11,546 bases of DNA from an uncultured Lachnospiraceae bacterium (lineage in GTDB: Bacteria > Bacillota > Clostridia > Lachnospirales > Lachnospiraceae): contig CAZAAC010000063.1 of assembly GCA_964483155.1 (NCBI GenBank), positions 1-11,546 on the forward strand, read 5' to 3'. Positions within the stretch are counted from its first letter, which is position 1; each line of letters starts with the position of its first letter. Positions 7,403 to 11,546 of this stretch are shown here, piece by piece. A program made the translations under genes and the position numbers. The notes under the pieces are model-generated. The model was not told where the DNA came from and did no database searches. It was given only the letters and a program-made list of their open reading frames with translations.

Positions 7403-8168
7403 CTTGTTCAGGATTATCTCCATTGGAAAAATGTGCTGCATGCTTAATGATATGCAGGGGATAACCAGTTGCTTTGACCCAAGCTTCGTTATATTTCTTT
7501 ATTTTTCCTGTCGTATCATGATCACCAAGTAAAAGTAGTACTGGAAAATCAAATTGTACATTTTTATTTTCCAGAGCAAAGTTACCATACGCAATATCCA
7601 TTTGCTCAATAATCTCTGTTTTTGATAGAGGTGCTAACATTTCCATCATTTTTTTATAGGAATAGTCTGTTTTGGAAACAGATTTTGCCATGCTTTTCCG
7701 AAGCAGATTGTCAGTAAACATTTTTCCAAGGGGAGCTACTTGCTTCAACCACCATAAATCTGATTTTGAATAATACATAAGTCCAAAGGGCGTGGTATCG
7801 AGCATTATCATTCTGTCTACATGTTCAGGATAGTGATATGCAAATTCCTGACTTGGATAACCACCCATAGACATACCGACCAGAATAACTTTCTCGATAT
7901 TCTCTTTATCTAAGATAGTCTTTAATTCTTTTGCAGTATTTTCATAAGAAAAATTTTGATAAGGTCTTGATAATCCATGTAATGGAACATCCCACGTGAT
8001 CACTGTGTAGTTTTTCTCAAAATAGGCCACTTGTTTTTCAAACATGGTGTGATTTGCAGTGACACCATGTGTAAATAAGATGCATTTTGTGCTCGGATTA
8101 TGATTTCTTGAAATCCAGTAGTGGACACTGCCATTATTAGATTCAAGTTGTTTATGTTCTGTGCTCAT
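7356..8168 (-). CDS. Alpha/beta-fold hydrolase (esterase/lipase-like)
   Basis: The HGVTANHTMF oxyanion region, the nucleophile elbow GMSMGG (GxSxG), and a C-terminal HAAHF catalytic His region are present. An AGGAGGGAATC RBS precedes the ATG (revcomp at 8168). The 3' end overlaps the nudC 3' end by 47 bp. Confidence 0.85.
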   Translation of the reverse strand: MSTEHKQLESNNGSVHYWISRNHNPSTKCILFTHGVTANHTMFEKQVAYFEKNYTVITWDVPLHGLSRPYQNFSYENTAKELKTILDKENIEKVILVGMSMGGYPSQEFAYHYPEHVDRMIMLDTTPFGLMYYSKSDLWWLKQVAPLGKMFTDNLLRKSMAKSVSKTDYSYKKMMEMLAPLSKTEIIEQMDIAYGNFALENKNVQFDFPVLLLLGDHDTTGKIKKYNEAWVKATGYPLHIIKHAAHFSNGDNPEQVNLEIESFLYDSYLF

Positions 8169-8260
8169 GATTCCCTCCTACACTTTTCCAGAGATACTTT
8201 TCCCATATAAGACTGTAAAGCCAAATGAAAAAAATAGTGGCATTAATAATTCCTGTAAGG

Positions 8261-8266
8261 TATAAT
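8261..8266 (+). promoter_or_regulatory. Candidate -10 element (TATAAT) for the ECF-S/kinase gene, with a poor -35
   Basis: TATAAT at 8261-8266 lies ~115 nt upstream of the ATG at 8379. The best -35 at 17-bp spacing is TGGCAT, which is weak. An 8-bp-stem hairpin at 8295-8325 lies in the putative leader. Confidence 0.25.
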
Positions 8267-8378
8267 TTGTAAATATGGTGAAGTGTGTTATACATCTTTC
8301 TTTTATGCTTTTCTGCCAAGAAAGAATTTAAAATATATTATACCATAAGAACTAAAAAAAAACCATTTGGAGAAAACT

Positions 8379-9512
8379 ATGAGAACAAACAGAACAAATA
8401 AATTTGTCATTTCGGCATTATTTTTGGCTATAGGAATTATATTACCGTTTGTAACAATGCAGATCCCGGCTATTGGAAATATGTTATTACCCATGCACAT
8501 TCCAGTAATCTTGTGTGGTTTTATTTGTGGAGGACCATATGGTCTTTTAATAGGATTTATACTTCCCTTATTAAGAAGTGTTTTATTTGGTATGCCACCT
8601 ATTATGCCGATAGCGACAGCGATGTCGTTTGAACTTGCTACCTATGGGTTTGTAGCAGGAGTAATGTATCAAAAACTCTCAAACAAAAAATACGCGCTAT
8701 ATACATCTCTTATTGTGGCAATGCTTACAGGAAGATTGGTTTGGGGAATCGTATCTCTAGGATTATTTTCTCTGCTAGGAACTGTTTTTACATGGAAGAT
8801 ATTTGTAATACAGGCTTTTATCAATGCAATTCCAGGAATTATAGTACAATTAGTAGTAATTCCGCTGTTGATAACTTCACTAAAGCATGCTGGAGTTATG
8901 AAACATCTTGCAAAGAATGAAAAATTAAAAATGGAAGTGAAATGCATAAAAAGGTTTGAACTAGTTTTATTGGAAATTGATAAGCTATTGAAAACTAAAA
9001 ATGATACTATCATGATTGCGATTGATGGAAAGTGCGCCAGTGGAAAGACAACCCTGGCATATTATTTGCAGAGCATCTATGCATGTAATTTGTATCATAT
9101 GGATGATTTTTTCTTAAGAGAGGAACAAAAGTCAGAGGAACGTGTCAATGAGATTGGCGGCAATATTGACTATGAAAGATTCAAAACAGAAGTAATTGAT
9201 AAGCTTCTTAAGAAACAAGATGTAATATATAAGAAATATAATTGTATGGAAAAAGAATTTGAAGAATTAACACAGAAAATGAAGCACAAGAGACTGAATA
9301 TTATAGAAGGGTCTTATAGCCTTCACCCATACTTTGGAAACATTTATGATTTAAAGATATTTATGAATATTGAAGATTTGAGACAAATTGATCTTATCAG
9401 AAAGAGAAATGGGGAAGAAAAATTAGAACGATTTATAAATGAATGGATTCCAAAAGAAAACGCTTATTTTGATAAATTTGTAGAAATGAAGGATTGTGTA
9501 ATAGTCGACTAA
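8379..9512 (+). CDS. Fusion protein: ECF-transporter substrate-specific (S) component (N-terminal, ~170 aa, 5-6 TM) plus uridine-kinase/phosphoribulokinase-family P-loop nucleoside kinase domain (C-terminal, ~170 aa)
   Basis: A GGAG RBS lies 6 nt before the ATG at 8379. The ORF track start at 8367 is a TTG without a better RBS. N-terminal half: TM helices with the RibU/PanT/QueT-like S-component motif HIPVILCGFICGGPYGLLIGFILPLLRSVLFG. A Lys/Glu-rich linker follows. C-terminal half: Walker A IAIDGKCASGKTT (9027-9053); YHMDDFF, like the Udk DsYY and NRK DDFF motifs; NIDYERF; NIIEGSYSL; DLKIFMNIEDLRQIDLIRKRNG, like Udk DxKIFVDtdxDxRxxRRxxRD. One continuous 378-codon ORF with no internal RBS. Confidence 0.8.
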   Translation: MRTNRTNKFVISALFLAIGIILPFVTMQIPAIGNMLLPMHIPVILCGFICGGPYGLLIGFILPLLRSVLFGMPPIMPIATAMSFELATYGFVAGVMYQKLSNKKYALYTSLIVAMLTGRLVWGIVSLGLFSLLGTVFTWKIFVIQAFINAIPGIIVQLVVIPLLITSLKHAGVMKHLAKNEKLKMEVKCIKRFELVLLEIDKLLKTKNDTIMIAIDGKCASGKTTLAYYLQSIYACNLYHMDDFFLREEQKSEERVNEIGGNIDYERFKTEVIDKLLKKQDVIYKKYNCMEKEFEELTQKMKHKRLNIIEGSYSLHPYFGNIYDLKIFMNIEDLRQIDLIRKRNGEEKLERFINEWIPKENAYFDKFVEMKDCVIVD

Positions 9513-9577
9513 TATTGATTGAAATGTAGAAAATAAAAAACTGCAGAAAAAAATAGAAAAAGCGGAGAGTGAGCGGC

Positions 9578-10663
9578 ATGAAATTGAAAAAAGTAAGGTG
9601 TCTTGTATTAGGTATGATAATGGTTCTTTCTTTCGTAGCATGTGGAAATTCCAAGAGTAGTAGTGATGCAAGTGTAAGTACAGAAAGTGTAAGTGCAGAA
9701 AGTGTAGATACAGAAGAGTCTAAAGTGGTAAGTGTAGAAGATGAAAGCACAGAACAAACAGTTTCAGCAGATGTGAAAGCGTCAGCTTCAGGGCAGGGTC
9801 AAAAAGTGTATATGACAACAGATATCAGTGCAGAAGGAATGATGGAAGCTTATGAAGCCCTAGCATGGATACCAGAAGGAAATGTTGCTGTGAAGCTTAG
9901 CACAGGAGAACCACCAGCGAGCAATTATCTGAGACCGGAATTGATTAAAGAATTAGTGCAGTCTGTAAATGGAACGATCGTGGAATGCAATACGGCGTAT
10001 GGTGGCTCCCGTGGAGAAACAGCCATGCATATGCAAGTAGCAGAAGATCATGGATTCACAGATATTGCTACAGTCGACATTATGGATGCTGATGGTTCTA
10101 TGAGCCTTCCCGTGGTAGGTGGAACGCATCTGAAAGAAAATCTGGTAGGATCACATTTTGCAAATTACGATTCTTATCTTGTGCTCTCACATTTCAAAGG
10201 GCATCAAATGGCAGGTTATGGAGGTGCTATTAAAAATATATCCATAGGACTTGGTTCCAGGGAGGGTAAATGTCTGATACATACTGCAGGAAAAAGTAAT
10301 AAAAGTATGCGCGGAGGTGTTCAAGATGACTTCTTAGAATCAATGGCTGAAGCAGGCAAATCTGTTTCTGACAGCCTGGGAAATGGTAAAAATATAGTTT
10401 ATATCAATGTTATGAACAGAATTAGTATAGACTGTGACTGTAATGGAAATCCGGCCGAACCTGATATCCATGATATCGGAATTCTCGCGTCAACTGATCC
10501 AGTAGCGCTTGATCAAGCATGCATCGATCTTGTATATGCAGCGGAGGGTAGAGAAACTCTTGTTGATAGAATAGAAGAATTGCATGGTTTACACACGCTA
10601 GAACGAGCAGAAGAAATCGGACTTGGAAGTCGCACTTATGAATTGGTGAACCTTGATGATTGA
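9578..10663 (+). CDS. DUF362-domain putative lipoprotein (Ser/Glu/Val-rich linker plus ~290-aa DUF362 core)
   Basis: A GGAGAG RBS lies 8 nt before the ATG at 9578. The signal peptide MKLKKVRCLVLGMIMVLSFVAC-GNS carries a lipobox-like cysteine. An acidic low-complexity linker follows. The core motifs VKLSTGEP and LSHFKGHQMAGYGGAIKNISIGLG resemble the DUF362 VKPN / KtH...G.lKN signature. A Cys cluster SIDCDCNGNP is present. Confidence 0.75.
   Translation: MKLKKVRCLVLGMIMVLSFVACGNSKSSSDASVSTESVSAESVDTEESKVVSVEDESTEQTVSADVKASASGQGQKVYMTTDISAEGMMEAYEALAWIPEGNVAVKLSTGEPPASNYLRPELIKELVQSVNGTIVECNTAYGGSRGETAMHMQVAEDHGFTDIATVDIMDADGSMSLPVVGGTHLKENLVGSHFANYDSYLVLSHFKGHQMAGYGGAIKNISIGLGSREGKCLIHTAGKSNKSMRGGVQDDFLESMAEAGKSVSDSLGNGKNIVYINVMNRISIDCDCNGNPAEPDIHDIGILASTDPVALDQACIDLVYAAEGRETLVDRIEELHGLHTLERAEEIGLGSRTYELVNLDD
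9671..9715 (+). repeat. Three tandem, slightly diverged 15-bp repeats inside the lipoprotein linker coding region
   Basis: AGTGTAAGTACAGAA, AGTGTAAGTGCAGAA and AGTGTAGATACAGAA, encoding SVSTE, SVSAE and SVDTE. They are in-frame and head-to-tail. Confidence 0.75.
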
Positions 10664-11546
10664 GATACTGCATCGTGAATTTGTTTATCTTTGGTACTAC
10701 TTTTGCGTACAGCTCGGACAGATATTTCCATACTGGTTATTGGGAATGATGATTGGTTCGACAGTATCCGTATTCGGCAAAGAAAAAATTCATCGGTTAT
10801 TTAGTAACTTGCAGGATAAAAAGTGGGGCATGTTTGGTATCGTACCAGCCTGTTTATTGGGCATAGCTTCACCACTGTGTATGTATGGAACGATTCCAAT
10901 TGCTGCATCCTTTTCGGAAAAAGGGATAAGAGACGACTGGCTGGCAGCGTTTATGATGTCATCCATATTACTTAATCCTCAGCTGATTATATATAGTATG
11001 GCATTGGGGACAAAAGCGTTTATCGTACGAATAGTATCGTGCCTTCTATGTGGCGCTGTTGCAGGATTACTAGTACACATATTTTATAGGAAGAATTCAT
11101 TTTTTAACTTTTCTTCTTTCAGAGAATCAAAGAGTCGGGATACGGATCCTAATCTACTGATGCGATTTTTGAAAAACTTTGGGAGGAATGTGAAAGCAAC
11201 TGGACTGTACTTTCTCATCGGAATTGTATTAACTGCACTCTTTCAAAGGTATATCCCAACGGATGCATTTGTTAATTTATTTGGAGATAATGAGGGATTT
11301 GGCGTCCTGATGGCAGCCACGATAGGTGTTCCACTCTATATGTGTGGAGGTGGAACAATACCTCTTTTGCAGCAATGGATTCATGACGGAATGAGTATGG
11401 GATCAGCCGCTGCATTTATGATTACCGGTCCTGCTACTAAGATTACCAATCTGGGTGCTGTTAAAATCGTATTGGGTTCTCGGCGCTTTATCATGTATCT
11501 GCTGTATGTAATTATTTTTGCTCTTGTAACTGGGTTTTTAATGGTA
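10656..11546 (+). CDS. PF03773-type two-repeat permease (DUF318 / ArsP / SO_0444-like putative metal or metalloid transporter), partial; the 3' end lies beyond the window
   Basis: The ORF opens after the in-frame TGA at 10647-10649 and runs uninterrupted to the window end, verified codon by codon. The ATG at 10656 overlaps the upstream stop (ATGATTGA). Repeat 1 is VPACLLGIASPLCMYGTIPIAASF. Repeat 2 is GVPLYMCGGGTIPLLQQW. Both match the P-x-C-x-x-G/S-x-(I/V)-P repeat of the DUF318 family. Confidence 0.75.
   Translation, partial: MIEILHREFVYLWYYFCVQLGQIFPYWLLGMMIGSTVSVFGKEKIHRLFSNLQDKKWGMFGIVPACLLGIASPLCMYGTIPIAASFSEKGIRDDWLAAFMMSSILLNPQLIIYSMALGTKAFIVRIVSCLLCGAVAGLLVHIFYRKNSFFNFSSFRESKSRDTDPNLLMRFLKNFGRNVKATGLYFLIGIVLTALFQRYIPTDAFVNLFGDNEGFGVLMAATIGVPLYMCGGGTIPLLQQWIHDGMSMGSAAAFMITGPATKITNLGAVKIVLGSRRFIMYLLYVIIFALVTGFLMV

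Noticed and set aside
8169-8378. Possible FMN, TPP or other vitamin riboswitch in the 210-nt region upstream of the ECF S-component gene
   Set aside because: The region is ~25% GC. It lacks the conserved GC-rich helices of the RFN (FMN), THI-box, preQ1 or NAD-type riboswitch cores. Only a single AT-rich 8-bp hairpin (8295-8325) is visible. A covariance-model scan (Rfam or Infernal) would be needed to rule out a divergent element.
8303-9013. - strand ORFs 8303-8500 and 8669-9013
   Set aside because: They are antisense to the ECF-S/kinase gene and its leader. The peptides are hydrophobic mirror images of a membrane-protein gene.
9423-9750. - strand ORFs of 82 aa and 105 aa
   Set aside because: They are antisense to the ECF/lipoprotein junction. 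The low-complexity peptides derive from the A-rich and repeat-rich sequence.
10422-10673. 83-aa - strand ORF
   Set aside because: Antisense to the 3' end of the DUF362 gene.
10751-10777. tRNA-like GGTTCGA (T-arm-like) motif
   Set aside because: It lies inside the verified permease reading frame. No acceptor or anticodon stem structure can be drawn around it.
1-11546. Mobile elements, CRISPR arrays, rRNA, tRNA, toxin-antitoxin or defence-island signatures
   Set aside because: No transposase or integrase-like ORFs were seen. There are no direct repeats of 25-40 bp with spacers, no terminal inverted repeats flanking a block, and no rRNA or tRNA-like sequence. The gene content is housekeeping and regulatory.

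Overview
The window is low-GC Firmicutes-type chromosomal DNA (about 30-35% GC over most of it), densely coded, with no mobile elements, CRISPR arrays or RNA genes.

Gene order:
- DJ-1/PfpI family protein, partial (-)
- DUF1275/YoaK-like membrane protein (-)
- LysR-type regulator (+, divergent)
- a 678-aa flotillin/YqiK-like SPFH protein (+)
- small Cys-rich hypothetical, possibly DUF1801-like (+)
- VOC/glyoxalase-family protein (+)
- AraC-family regulator (+)
- a ~100-aa conserved hypothetical (+)
- NAD+ diphosphatase NudC (+)
- alpha/beta hydrolase (-), whose 3' end overlaps the nudC 3' end
- a co-directional three-gene cluster (+): an ECF-transporter S-component fused in one ORF to a uridine-kinase/PRK-like P-loop nucleoside kinase, then a DUF362-domain lipoprotein, then a translationally coupled PF03773 (DUF318/ArsP/SO_0444-like) permease cut off by the window end.

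The most interesting candidate is that last cluster. A vitamin- or nucleoside-type ECF substrate-capture protein is covalently linked to a Udk/NRK-like kinase, which suggests uptake-coupled phosphorylation in the manner of PnuC-NadR. It sits two genes from NudC and directly upstream of an uncharacterised lipoprotein plus permease pair.

Other notable points:
- The flotillin-like protein carries an internally duplicated SPFH N-terminal motif, with no NfeD partner gene in its immediate same-strand neighbourhood.
- A 10-bp perfect inverted repeat lies downstream of that gene.
- nudC has a near-consensus promoter with a T8 tract in its spacer.
- There are three tandem 15-bp in-frame repeats in the lipoprotein linker.

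All functional calls come from motif recognition by eye and were not checked by database search.
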